From Clostridia bacterium (lineage in GTDB: Bacteria; Bacillota; Clostridia; Oscillospirales; CAG-272): a DNA stretch of 64,000 nt. The stretch is taken from the NCBI GenBank assembly GCA_017456895.1, contig JAFTIN010000006.1, positions 5,511 to 69,510 of the forward strand, in the 5' to 3' direction. Below, in pieces: positions 25,708 through 34,411 of this stretch. A program made the position numbers and the translations under genes. Under the pieces are notes generated by a model, which was not told where the DNA came from, made no database searches, and was given only the letters and a program-made list of their open reading frames with translations. Positions within the stretch are counted from its first letter, which is position 1, and the number at the start of each line of letters is the position of its first letter.

Positions 25708-28197
25708 CTATCTCAATTCTTCGCCGCAAAAGCATATTTCGGGAAGTCCAAATAGGATTCTGAAGAAGTTAATGATTAAACGTACGATAGTTTCAAAAAG
25801 ACCTGCTCCACATTTGGAGTGATCAATTTCCAATTCTATGATTTCACCGCAAGATTCACAAACCTTGGAGCTTTGCTCTTCAGTCCATTCGTGTCCGGGA
25901 GCGGCAATATCACGGATTTCGAATTTTTCGCAATCGGCGCAATCTCTACGTTCTACACCGTCTATTTCACACTTGGGAGCGATAACCTGAACCCAATCTT
26001 CATAGTTGTGTCCAGAAGCTTCGACCACGTTGGTTTCGCGATCGATCTCTACACCGCAGACATAACAATAAATTACGTTATCGTAAGAACCATCTGCCGT
26101 ACAAGTAGGCTCGACGTTATTTTCCGTCACTTCTTTATCACGAGTGTGCCCCAATGCGTCAACGTAATTATCAACGTAAGAGTCACCGCAGGTGCAGGTG
26201 TAAGTGGTGTAACCCTGCTCTGTGCAGGTAGGAGAAATTGTCACGGCACTATAAAAGTGACCGCGCTTGGAGATAACGTTAGTTTCAAAAACGTTACATC
26301 TTGTACAATCACGTCTTTCAAGACCGTCCTCTGTACAGGTGGCGGGAGTTACTTCGTACCAATCACCGTAATTATGATTAAGGACGCTAACGTAATTATC
26401 AACGTAAGTGTCACCGCAGGTGCAGGTGTAAGTGGTGTAACCCTGCTCTGTGCAGGTGGGGGTGGTGATGATTGACGTGTAAGAGTGTGTATGACCGCCT
26501 TCCCAAACCTGAATATAATCAATGTAGGCATTGGTAAAGCCGTGGGTATCAGTACCCATATAAGGGAACACGAAGTCCTTGCCGGACAGCCAATCGGATG
26601 TGGCATGCTGATCCTTTGTGCCGATGTAATAATGATTCATAGGACCGATTTCTTCACCGTCCACAAACAGATAGACCATATTGGAGCCGTCTTCCGAAAT
26701 CCGGTTTTCCAGGCAGTAGGTATGCAGAGCCGTCCAGTCGATACCGTAATCACCCAGAGCTATGCCATAATTATGACTACCATTGGTTGTCTTTTCACCC
26801 ATAGAAATGATACCGTTCGTATTGCTCTTGAAAATATACCGTGCATTGTAGTTGGCGTTCACATTGTCAGAAGTGAAGACTCGGGCACCGCTGGAGCCGT
26901 TTGTGTTCAGGAACGTACCTTCGCACCTCCACTCTACGATCCAGGGCGAATCATGCAAAAGAACGACTTCATTTTCCAGCGTATAGCTTGTTTTGCTGAA
27001 CACACCGTCCGTGGTAGTACCGGAATTCTTTGTCAGAGTATTGCTGCCGCTAACGCAAGCCAGATCAGTTACGTCAAACTCCCAGCGATAGTCCTGCGAT
27101 TTGTGGTCTGTTGCTTCTGCGATAATGACCACATCACCGATGACAGAGTCTATGGATATCGTTCTGTTTGCATAGGTGGTGTCCGTAATATCCTCGCCAC
27201 CCATGGTCACGGAAACAGACAGTTCCTTGCCGTTCTCAGCCGTCAGTGTACAGGAAAAAGCATCACCGGAAACCACGATCTTATCGTCACCGTAGTCCGT
27301 CGTTACACCATCCAGATCAAAAGAAACAGTGTGGGTATCCACCTCGTAAGCGGTGTTTGCCAAGAGCGCCCGCTTGAACGCTTCCGTGTAGGCATCCATG
27401 CCAAGGCGGTTGGGATGCACTCGGCCGTCACCGATATAGGTGTCAAAATCAGCCATGGTAATGGCGCTGCCGTATATATCCACGATATGGGCGCCGAAAT
27501 GCTCCACCACCTGCTTCAGTTCAGCATTGAACGAGCGGATCAACTCATCCGTTCCATCAACACGCTGTGAAATATTTAGGTAGTACACCTCTGCATCCGG
27601 ATAACGCACCGATATCTTATGCAGCATGATGGCAGCAGCCTCCAACGAGGTGATCGGCTCGGAGTAGGTATAGCTGCCGTCCTCGTTCAGCAAAATCAAT
27701 TCGGTATAATCAATATCTGCCGTTCCCAAAGTTTCTTTGTAATACTGGAAGTCATTAGTACCCATCTGGATGCCGATAATGTCAGGTTCTTCACCGTCGT
27801 TATTATGTAGCTGCACACAGCGATCCACATAAGCGCCTACAGTACCGTTGCGCTCGTAGAGCAAAGAGGAACCGCTCCAGGAGTTGTTTACTAACAAGCG
27901 CAGTCCCAAGTCGTTTGCAAGTTGCATCCACCATGTGTCGTTAACATAGACGCCATGGCGACCTTCTGTATAATAGGTCGCGTTACTACCGATGGTAGAA
28001 TTTGAGTCGGGGTTATTGGATATCCCTGTGTATGTAGAAATACTGGCGCCAAGGATAGATACTTTCTTCCCTTCAAAAAGATTTTGGTCACTTGCAGAAT
28101 TTGTTGCCTCTGTAGCAAACGCCATCATCAACGTTATGCCGAGAAGTATCACAAGCGTCAGCAAAAAGCTGATTATCAGTTTATTTCTTAACTTCAC
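25708..28197 (-). CDS. secreted SGNH/GDSL-family hydrolase + lectin/LamG-like region + C-terminal Cys-triad repeats
   Basis: Signal peptide (V)KLRNKLIISFLLTLVILLGITLMMAFA. SGNH blocks GASIS, NNSWSGSS, MGTNDF, DGRVHPN. I moved the start to GTG 28197 (AGGAG 9 nt upstream) because the candidate promoter -10 lies only 15 nt from the track start 28224. Confidence 0.8.
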   Translation of the reverse strand: MKLRNKLIISFLLTLVILLGITLMMAFATEATNSASDQNLFEGKKVSILGASISTYTGISNNPDSNSTIGSNATYYTEGRHGVYVNDTWWMQLANDLGLRLLVNNSWSGSSLLYERNGTVGAYVDRCVQLHNNDGEEPDIIGIQMGTNDFQYYKETLGTADIDYTELILLNEDGSYTYSEPITSLEAAAIMLHKISVRYPDAEVYYLNISQRVDGTDELIRSFNAELKQVVEHFGAHIVDIYGSAITMADFDTYIGDGRVHPNRLGMDAYTEAFKRALLANTAYEVDTHTVSFDLDGVTTDYGDDKIVVSGDAFSCTLTAENGKELSVSVTMGGEDITDTTYANRTISIDSVIGDVVIIAEATDHKSQDYRWEFDVTDLACVSGSNTLTKNSGTTTDGVFSKTSYTLENEVVLLHDSPWIVEWRCEGTFLNTNGSSGARVFTSDNVNANYNARYIFKSNTNGIISMGEKTTNGSHNYGIALGDYGIDWTALHTYCLENRISEDGSNMVYLFVDGEEIGPMNHYYIGTKDQHATSDWLSGKDFVFPYMGTDTHGFTNAYIDYIQVWEGGHTHSYTSIITTPTCTEQGYTTYTCTCGDTYVDNYVSVLNHNYGDWYEVTPATCTEDGLERRDCTRCNVFETNVISKRGHFYSAVTISPTCTEQGYTTYTCTCGDSYVDNYVDALGHTRDKEVTENNVEPTCTADGSYDNVIYCYVCGVEIDRETNVVEASGHNYEDWVQVIAPKCEIDGVERRDCADCEKFEIRDIAAPGHEWTEEQSSKVCESCGEIIELEIDHSKCGAGLFETIVRLIINFFRILFGLPEICFCGEELR
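26162..26461. repeat. intragenic direct repeat pair (~72 nt, 2 mismatches) spaced 228 nt (76 codons) apart
   Basis: acgtaattatcaacgtaag.gtcaccgcaggtgcaggtgtaagtggtgtaaccctgctctgtgcaggt occurs at 26162 and at 26390. Confidence 0.85.
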
Positions 28198-28238
28198 GTA
28201 AATATCTCCTAAATCAGAAATCATTACATAATAATTTT

Positions 28239-28267
28239 ATTTTACACCTAAAATGTGTTTTTTGCAA
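28239..28267 (-). promoter_or_regulatory. candidate promoter of the SGNH-hydrolase gene
   Basis: Minus strand reads TTGCAA-17 nt-TAAAAT. Confidence 0.5.
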
Positions 28268-28440
28268 TGCTTTGACTAAAATATTCGGATATACTTATCC
28301 CACGTCGGTCGCGGCTGCTCGGTTAATTTGTTTTTCTTCTTACTTAAAAAGTATTTACCCCATGCGTTCTCAAAAATCGATAATTAATTTCGCATTTACC
28401 CTTATATTTTCCGGGCTGAGGGCTAATAAAAACTAAAATG

Positions 28441-28469
28441 TTGACATTTCCGAAAAAAACTGATACAAT
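28441..28469 (+). promoter_or_regulatory. candidate promoter of the 28547-32522 operon
   Basis: TTGACA-17 nt-TACAAT. Confidence 0.6.
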
Positions 28470-28546
28470 GAAGGAGTTAACGAAGTTAATGGACACCCAG
28501 TTTTATGACGTTAGCAAGTGGTAACAAAAGGAAAGGAGAAATTTTT

Positions 28547-29362
28547 ATGGAATTCCACGTTAACCACCCTGTGCTGTTCGTGATAGTCGGCATTATCATA
28601 GCCGCAGTTATCGGACAGTCGGTATACTTCCTTATCAAGTCGTACAGACGAGCTAAGGCAAACGGCATGGATATGGCAAAGGTCAATAAGACGATAAAGA
28701 CCGCCGCCATATTCACTATAGCACCCGCGATCTCAATCGTAATCACGGTAATCGCACTCTCGCAGTCGCTCGGTATCGCACTGCCCTGGCTGAGGCTCTC
28801 CGTCGTAGGCTCGCTTTCTTACGAGGCGATAGCTGCGGCAAACGCTGCATCCGGTATGGATACCACCCTCGCGGCTCTGGCAGGCAATATGACTGCATCT
28901 CAGTACGTTACCATCACAATAGTTATGACTGTATCTATCATGGTAGGTATCTGGCTCGTGCCCGTCATCGCAAAGAAGTACCAAAAGGGTCTGGTCTCCT
29001 TTGAGAAAAAGGACGCTAAGTGGTCGGGCATACTCCAGAACTCGCTCTTTATCGGTATGATCTCCGCCTTTGTCGGCTTCGTCTTCTGTGACGTATCCAG
29101 ACTCTGGACGAGCGAGAACGGCGTGTTCTCAACTACAGTAAAGAACGCTGAGGGCGTCGAGGAAATAGTACAGTACACCTCAACCTCCGGTCTTGTACCC
29201 GTATTTGTAATGCTCATCTCCGCGCTCGCGATGTGCGGCTGCGGTATCCTTATCAATAAGCTGAAGTGGAAGTGGGTAAACGACTATGCACTGCCCATCT
29301 GCATGGTACTCGGTATGGTATTAGCTATACCTCTCACCGCTTGGTTAGGAGGTAAAATGTAA
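28547..29362 (+). CDS. polytopic membrane protein (I recall it as DUF5058-like; unverified)
   Basis: 271 aa from ATG 28547 (AAAGGAGAA RBS), ~6 TM. Confidence 0.7.
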   Translation: MEFHVNHPVLFVIVGIIIAAVIGQSVYFLIKSYRRAKANGMDMAKVNKTIKTAAIFTIAPAISIVITVIALSQSLGIALPWLRLSVVGSLSYEAIAAANAASGMDTTLAALAGNMTASQYVTITIVMTVSIMVGIWLVPVIAKKYQKGLVSFEKKDAKWSGILQNSLFIGMISAFVGFVFCDVSRLWTSENGVFSTTVKNAEGVEEIVQYTSTSGLVPVFVMLISALAMCGCGILINKLKWKWVNDYALPICMVLGMVLAIPLTAWLGGKM

Positions 29363-30036
29363 TGAAGAAGAATAAAAACATGACTTATATGGACACTGTC
29401 CACAGAGACGGTACTATATGGAATCTCTCTGTGATGGCTCTGCTCATCCTCTTCCCCATTCTCGTATGGATACTCTTTGAGGACGCGGCTCCCGACTGGC
29501 GCGGCGTTGCGCTCGGCCTTCTCGGTACTGCGCCCATGTACTGGGCTGTCGGTGTGGTTGAGGTAATCACCTTTATCCCCATGCTCGGTGCCGGTGGATC
29601 CTATCTCTCCTTCGTGACCGGTAACATCTCCAACCTCAAGCTCCCCTGTGCTATCAACGCACTTGAGAACGCGGGTGCGGATCCCAAGAGCGAGGAAGGT
29701 GAGATCATCTCCACCATCGCTATCGCAGTATCCTCTATCGTAACCACGATCATCGTTGCTCTTGGCGTTGTGCTTATCGTTCCGCTCTCTCCCATTCTTT
29801 CCAACCCCGTCTTCACACCTGCCTTTGACCAGATGCTCCCCGCACTCTTCGGAGCACTCGGCGTAGCACTTATCTCGAAGAACTGGAAGATAGCTATAGC
29901 ACCTGTTATCCTTATGCTAATTCTCTTTATCTTCATACCCGCGCTCGACTCGGGCATGGTAGGTATTATGGTTCCCGTTGGCGTCATCTTCACCATTGCG
30001 GTATCCAGACTTATGTACAAGAAAAATCTGCTTTAA
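29362..30036 (+). CDS. hypothetical polytopic membrane protein
   Basis: 224 aa, ~6 TM. TAATG stop/start overlap with the preceding gene. Confidence 0.7.
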   Translation: MKKNKNMTYMDTVHRDGTIWNLSVMALLILFPILVWILFEDAAPDWRGVALGLLGTAPMYWAVGVVEVITFIPMLGAGGSYLSFVTGNISNLKLPCAINALENAGADPKSEEGEIISTIAIAVSSIVTTIIVALGVVLIVPLSPILSNPVFTPAFDQMLPALFGALGVALISKNWKIAIAPVILMLILFIFIPALDSGMVGIMVPVGVIFTIAVSRLMYKKNLL

Positions 30037-30054
30037 TAGGAGATTATGTAAATT

Positions 30055-31494
30055 ATGCCTTACGTATTAGCCGCTATAGGCGTTGTTATCGCCGCCTTTA
30101 TAGCAGTTGTTCTTATAAGAACATTAAGATTTAAGCCCAAGGCTCTGCCCGAGGTAGACGAGAGCGAGATCACCTTCGATAAGGAAAGAGTGATCGACAA
30201 CCTCGCCCGTCTTGTCAGATGCAAGACTATATCAAAAATAGATCACGTGGGTGAGGACGACGGAGAGTTTGATAAGCTTATCAGCCTTTTGCCCGAGCTC
30301 TACCCCAACGTATACGCTCACTGCGAGCTCGTTACCTTCCCTGACAGAGGCTTACTCTATAAGTGGGAAGGAAGAAAGCATGAGAGCCCCTCGGTATTTA
30401 TGGCGCACTACGATGTAGTACCCGTAAACGAGGAGGGCTGGCAAAAGCCTCCATTTGACGGAATTATCGAAGACGGTGTCCTCTGGGGCAGAGGTACTCT
30501 GGACACCAAGGTAACCTTTGCAGGCGCTCTCTTTGCCGCAGACCACCTTATCGGTGAGGGCTTTGTACCCGAGAATGACATATACTTAGCCTTCTCCGGA
30601 TGCGAGGAGGTCAACGGCCTCGGCGCAAAGCATATCGTAGATTATTTTGAAGAAAAAGGCATCAATCCCGCGCTTGTGCTCGACGAGGGCGGCGCCGTGG
30701 TTGAGAAGGCCTTCCCGGGTCTCAAGAGTCCTTGCGCGTACATCGGTATTGCCGAAAAAGGTATGATCGACGTTGAGTACCGAGTTAAGTCGAGCGGCGG
30801 ACACGCCTCCGCTCCCAAGCCTCACACCCCCGTAGGCATCCTCTCAAAGGCCTGCACCAAGGTTGAGGCGAAGCCCTTCAAGAGCCACGTGACCAAGCCC
30901 GTAGCCGAAATGTTCGACACCCTCGGCAGACACTCGAGCTTCCTTTACAGAATGATATTCGCTAATATGTGGTGCTTCGGCTGGGTGATCGACCTGCTCG
31001 GCAGACTCCAGGGCGGAGATATCAACGCCCTGATCCGTACGACCGTCGCCTTTACCCAGATGTCGGGCAGCTCCGCCTCAAACGTCATTCCTCCCGAGGC
31101 TACGATGGTATCCAACCTCCGCCTCAACCCCGAGGACACGATGGACTCTGCGCTTGAGTACCTGCGCGGTGTTGTTGACGATGACACGGTTATTCTCTCA
31201 AGACTCCGCGGCTACAATCCCAGCCGCATATCGGTGACCGACTGCGAGGGCTTTGACAGAGTCGTAAACGCTACCGCGTCTACCTGGCGCGGCTGTATCC
31301 CCACTCCCTATCTTATGATGCAGTGCTCCGACTCCAGACACTGGGGTAAGATCTCCGACAAGGTCTACCGCTTCTCGGCTATGGATCTTACGAGCGAGGA
31401 GAGAGCCTCCATCCACGGACACAACGAGCGTATCCGCTTTGAGTGTGCCGAAAAGGCGTGTGAGTTCTTCATCCGTATAATGAAAAAATCCTAA
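30055..31494 (+). CDS. membrane-anchored M20/M25/M40-family metallopeptidase
   Basis: 479 aa with an N-terminal TM. MAHYDVVPV, WGRGTLDTK, GCEE, LDEGG metal-ligand blocks. Confidence 0.88.
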   Translation: MPYVLAAIGVVIAAFIAVVLIRTLRFKPKALPEVDESEITFDKERVIDNLARLVRCKTISKIDHVGEDDGEFDKLISLLPELYPNVYAHCELVTFPDRGLLYKWEGRKHESPSVFMAHYDVVPVNEEGWQKPPFDGIIEDGVLWGRGTLDTKVTFAGALFAADHLIGEGFVPENDIYLAFSGCEEVNGLGAKHIVDYFEEKGINPALVLDEGGAVVEKAFPGLKSPCAYIGIAEKGMIDVEYRVKSSGGHASAPKPHTPVGILSKACTKVEAKPFKSHVTKPVAEMFDTLGRHSSFLYRMIFANMWCFGWVIDLLGRLQGGDINALIRTTVAFTQMSGSSASNVIPPEATMVSNLRLNPEDTMDSALEYLRGVVDDDTVILSRLRGYNPSRISVTDCEGFDRVVNATASTWRGCIPTPYLMMQCSDSRHWGKISDKVYRFSAMDLTSEERASIHGHNERIRFECAEKACEFFIRIMKKS

Positions 31495-31511
31495 CGTCGT
31501 AAAAACAACAG

Positions 31512-31538
31512 AGCCGCAGGCGACGTCCTGCGGCTTTT
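31512..31538 (+). terminator. rho-independent terminator (possibly partial)
   Basis: gccgcagg/cctgcggc stem followed by ttttt. Confidence 0.75.
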
Positions 31539-31556
31539 TAACTAAAGAGGTATAAA

Positions 31557-32522
31557 ATGATTTTTGAAAAGAAGATTGTAGACTTTTACAAGAAGATACT
31601 GATCCGCCGTCAGGACCCTGACGGAAGCGTCTTCTATTTCTCCGCCGCCGACTTTGACGGTCTTGTATCAGAGGATTACTCCTTCACGGGTGACAAGGGA
31701 CAAAGGCTCGTTGCCCACCTCTACTACAGAGGAGCAAAAAGATACGACAAGCTCATTATTCTCGAGCATGGAATGGGCTGCGGACACGCGGCGTATATGC
31801 GCGAGATCAACGAGATCACAGAGCGCGGCTATACCGTATTTACCTACGACCACACGGGCACGCTGATGTCCGAGGGCGAGAGCATATACGGCTTCTCCCA
31901 ATCTCTTGCGGATCTTGACAGAGCGGTAAGCTTTGCCCACTCGCTCGAGGGCTACGAAAGTGCGGACATCTCGGTGATCGGTCACAGCTGGGGCGGTTTT
32001 TCTACCATGAATATCCCTGCTCTGCACCCCGAAATTTCACACGTGGTGGCACTATCCGGATTCATCTCCCCGAAGGAGATACAGGAACAGGTGCTTACCG
32101 GACTTCTGAAGCTCTACCGTAAAGCGATATACAGAACAGAGGTCGAGTCCTTCCCCGACTACTACCGCTACGACGGCAGAGACAGCCTCAAGGGAACAAA
32201 GACCAAGGCGCTCATCGTCCACTCAAGAGACGACCACACCTGCTCCTTTGACCGTCATTTCGGTAAGCTGAAGGAGGCGCTCGCAGAGAGTGAAAACGTA
32301 CAGTTCCTCGCCCTTGACGGAAAGAGGCACAACCCCACCTACACCGACGAGGCAGTACAGCTGCTCGCGGAGTTTAACGCCGAGTTAAGGAAGAAAAATA
32401 AGGCGAAGGAGCTCACGACGCCCGAGAAAAAGGAGGCCTTCAAAAGCTCCTTTGACTGGTGGCGTATCACCGAGCAGGACAAGAACGTCTGGGATAAAAT
32501 ATTCGAGTTTATTGAAGGTTAA
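31557..32522 (+). CDS. alpha/beta-fold hydrolase
   Basis: 321 aa. Nucleophile elbow GHSWGG, plus downstream D and H. Confidence 0.85.
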   Translation: MIFEKKIVDFYKKILIRRQDPDGSVFYFSAADFDGLVSEDYSFTGDKGQRLVAHLYYRGAKRYDKLIILEHGMGCGHAAYMREINEITERGYTVFTYDHTGTLMSEGESIYGFSQSLADLDRAVSFAHSLEGYESADISVIGHSWGGFSTMNIPALHPEISHVVALSGFISPKEIQEQVLTGLLKLYRKAIYRTEVESFPDYYRYDGRDSLKGTKTKALIVHSRDDHTCSFDRHFGKLKEALAESENVQFLALDGKRHNPTYTDEAVQLLAEFNAELRKKNKAKELTTPEKKEAFKSSFDWWRITEQDKNVWDKIFEFIEG

Positions 32523-32525
32523 CTA

Positions 32526-32914
32526 ATAAAAAAGGCTTCCCGACGGGTTCCTACCATAAAGCAGGTTTTGAACTACCGAACAAAGAAAAAGGAGTACGGA
32601 CAATTTTGTTCGTACTCCTCTTCATACGCCTTGCCTGCAAGGTATAGTGTGTTACATCTTACGGTGTTCTGTCGGGCGGTAATTGTTGAAAAGTGATATG
32701 CCTCGCACGGCACGGCGTGATATTTTTGCTCCGCAAAAGTGATATTGCTCCCGCTGGTCGCATTGATATTCTATTCGCCTCTTTCTTCCAACGTGCGTAG
32801 CGCATATCACGTCCAAAGGACATATCACGCACGAAGTGCATATCACTCGCCGTAGGCGAATAGAGTTGGCGCACCTGCTTTATCGCAGTTGCGCCGACGG
32901 AAGCCTTTTTTATT
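32526..32914. repeat. ~390-bp inverted-repeat-bounded modular element (BOX/MITE-like) with GTGATAT heptamer arrays
   Basis: ATAAAAAAGGCTTCC and ATAAAGCAGGT occur at identical 30-nt offsets at both ends in inverted orientation. Four (G/T)TGATAT lie on the plus strand (32693, 32717, 32739, 32763) and three on the minus strand (32804, 32822, 32840). Confidence 0.75.
32581..32619 (-). terminator. rho-independent terminator for leftward transcripts
   Basis: 13-bp stem aggagtacggaca/tgttcgtactcct. The minus strand continues tttttctttg. Confidence 0.7.
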
Positions 32915-32929
32915 TTGTATAAGAAGGTG

Positions 32930-34291
32930 TTATTTCTGCTTATCTGCATCCTTCTCCATTTTCTTAAACATCTTCTCATATGGAGCTAGCATACCCTCGT
33001 TCATCTTGTTACCCATCTTAGAGAGGAGCTTCTCGTTTCCGAGAAGCATACCGACAAGGTGCATAAGAACAGAGCGGCCGCTGAAGCGCTTTGGAAAATC
33101 GTAGATCCCGGTCTTCTTGTAGAATTTATGGTCGGCGCGCATCATACCGCGCATCTCGAAAATAAGATCGCGGAAGATCTTCATTCCTCCTACTCCCCAG
33201 AAGTTTTTGGGAGCGGTGTGACCCGTCCTCAGCGCAAAGGCGAGACTCTCGGCGAGCTCGTCAACACGTCTGTTGGTATCGTATTCATCCGTGGCAACAC
33301 CGGAAAGAAAGTTGCCTCCGGTCTCTGCCCTCGCCTCGATAACGGTGCGCAGATTATTCTCCGCTGAATAGTTGCCCGAGATAAGATAGCCGACAGGCAT
33401 ACCTACCGTGACCGTCCTATGTCCGTTACAGAAATTGCGGTCATCATACATCTTAAAGCGCGAGCCCATGGAGTGATCGCTGATCTTAAAAGCGTAGACG
33501 ATAGCATCCGCAGTTTGTATATTCTCGCGTAGGAAAACATCAAATCCGTCCTTGTAAACGCATTTCTCCGAAACAGCGCAACGGAAGCAACCAAGGCAAC
33601 CGCCCGAGAGAGGATACTCCGAGATGTTGACCACACGGGTAGTATAAGGAAGTACAGCCCCGAATCTCTCGATCATACGTGAAAGGTTGGAGTCGTGGTC
33701 GGTCTCGTCGGTGAGAATAAGAACGTCCTTGTCCCCCGTCTTCTCGCCCTCACACATGCTCGGTGTCGCAGGGGTGAGAGTGTACGGCAGGGGCTCGCTT
33801 TTATTGACAAATATATTTTTATCTATCGACCAGAGAAAGCGCTCAAAGAATGCTTTAGCGTCTTTTTTGCCAGCTTCAGTTAGCAAATCCTCCATATCTG
33901 CGGATAGTCCGCGAACATATTTCATTCCGAGGTCAAGAGCATTTTCCTCGATATATTTATGTGCGGTTATGTCGTAAAAGTGCTTGGAGGTGGAGATCTG
34001 AGTCGCCCATTTGCCCGAAAGATCTATGCCGTCAGCCTTTGTAAGCTCAATAAACCTATGTAGCTGTGAGGGAGCGAGGAAGGTATAAACCGGATAGGAA
34101 AATATGACCGCGTCGGAAGAAGAAAGAAGCTCGCGAGCCTCTGTAAAATCCTTCTCAAGCGCCTTGATCCTCTGCCCTGCGTGAAGGACGGTAAACTCGT
34201 GCTCCGGATATATGATACCGAGATATCTGACGGTCTGCAGAGTCACGCTGTACTTCCCCTTAGGGCTACCGTTTATTACTGCTATTTTCAT
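32930..34291 (-). CDS. flavodoxin-fold NAD(P)H-dependent oxidoreductase (two tandem flavodoxin-like halves)
   Basis: 453 aa. MKIAVINGSPKGK...IFSYPVY. The second half has a CLGCFRC..C Cys cluster. Confidence 0.78.
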   Translation of the reverse strand: MKIAVINGSPKGKYSVTLQTVRYLGIIYPEHEFTVLHAGQRIKALEKDFTEARELLSSSDAVIFSYPVYTFLAPSQLHRFIELTKADGIDLSGKWATQISTSKHFYDITAHKYIEENALDLGMKYVRGLSADMEDLLTEAGKKDAKAFFERFLWSIDKNIFVNKSEPLPYTLTPATPSMCEGEKTGDKDVLILTDETDHDSNLSRMIERFGAVLPYTTRVVNISEYPLSGGCLGCFRCAVSEKCVYKDGFDVFLRENIQTADAIVYAFKISDHSMGSRFKMYDDRNFCNGHRTVTVGMPVGYLISGNYSAENNLRTVIEARAETGGNFLSGVATDEYDTNRRVDELAESLAFALRTGHTAPKNFWGVGGMKIFRDLIFEMRGMMRADHKFYKKTGIYDFPKRFSGRSVLMHLVGMLLGNEKLLSKMGNKMNEGMLAPYEKMFKKMEKDADKQK

Positions 34292-34359
34292 ACTGTCACC
34301 TCAAAAGAATACATTTGTCAATTAAGTATACCATACTTTATGTGGAATGTCAAATATAA

Positions 34360-34389
34360 GGAGCGGCTCGCGAAAATGCGAGCCGCTCC
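34360..34389 (-). terminator. rho-independent terminator of the 42708->34412 operon
   Basis: 12-bp stem ggagcggctcgc/gcgagccgctcc. The minus strand continues ttatattt. Confidence 0.8.
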
Positions 34390-34411
34390 GAGCTTTATAA
34401 TCTATTGATCA

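Noticed and set aside
28198-28224. Longer start (ATG 28224) for the SGNH hydrolase; likewise the track starts 4865, 13511, 15895, 28505, 47369, 51355, 53376, 57873, 61518 and 63765
   Set aside because: Downstream starts have proper RBS spacing and give canonical N-termini or signal peptides. The upstream extensions run into promoters, neighbouring genes or repeats.
32659-32979. 106-aa minus-strand ORF (..SDMHFVRDMSFGRDMRYA..) inside the repeat element
   Set aside because: Its periodic peptide is just the translation of the ATATCAC/hairpin array. It has no RBS and overlaps the 3' end of the flavodoxin-like gene.
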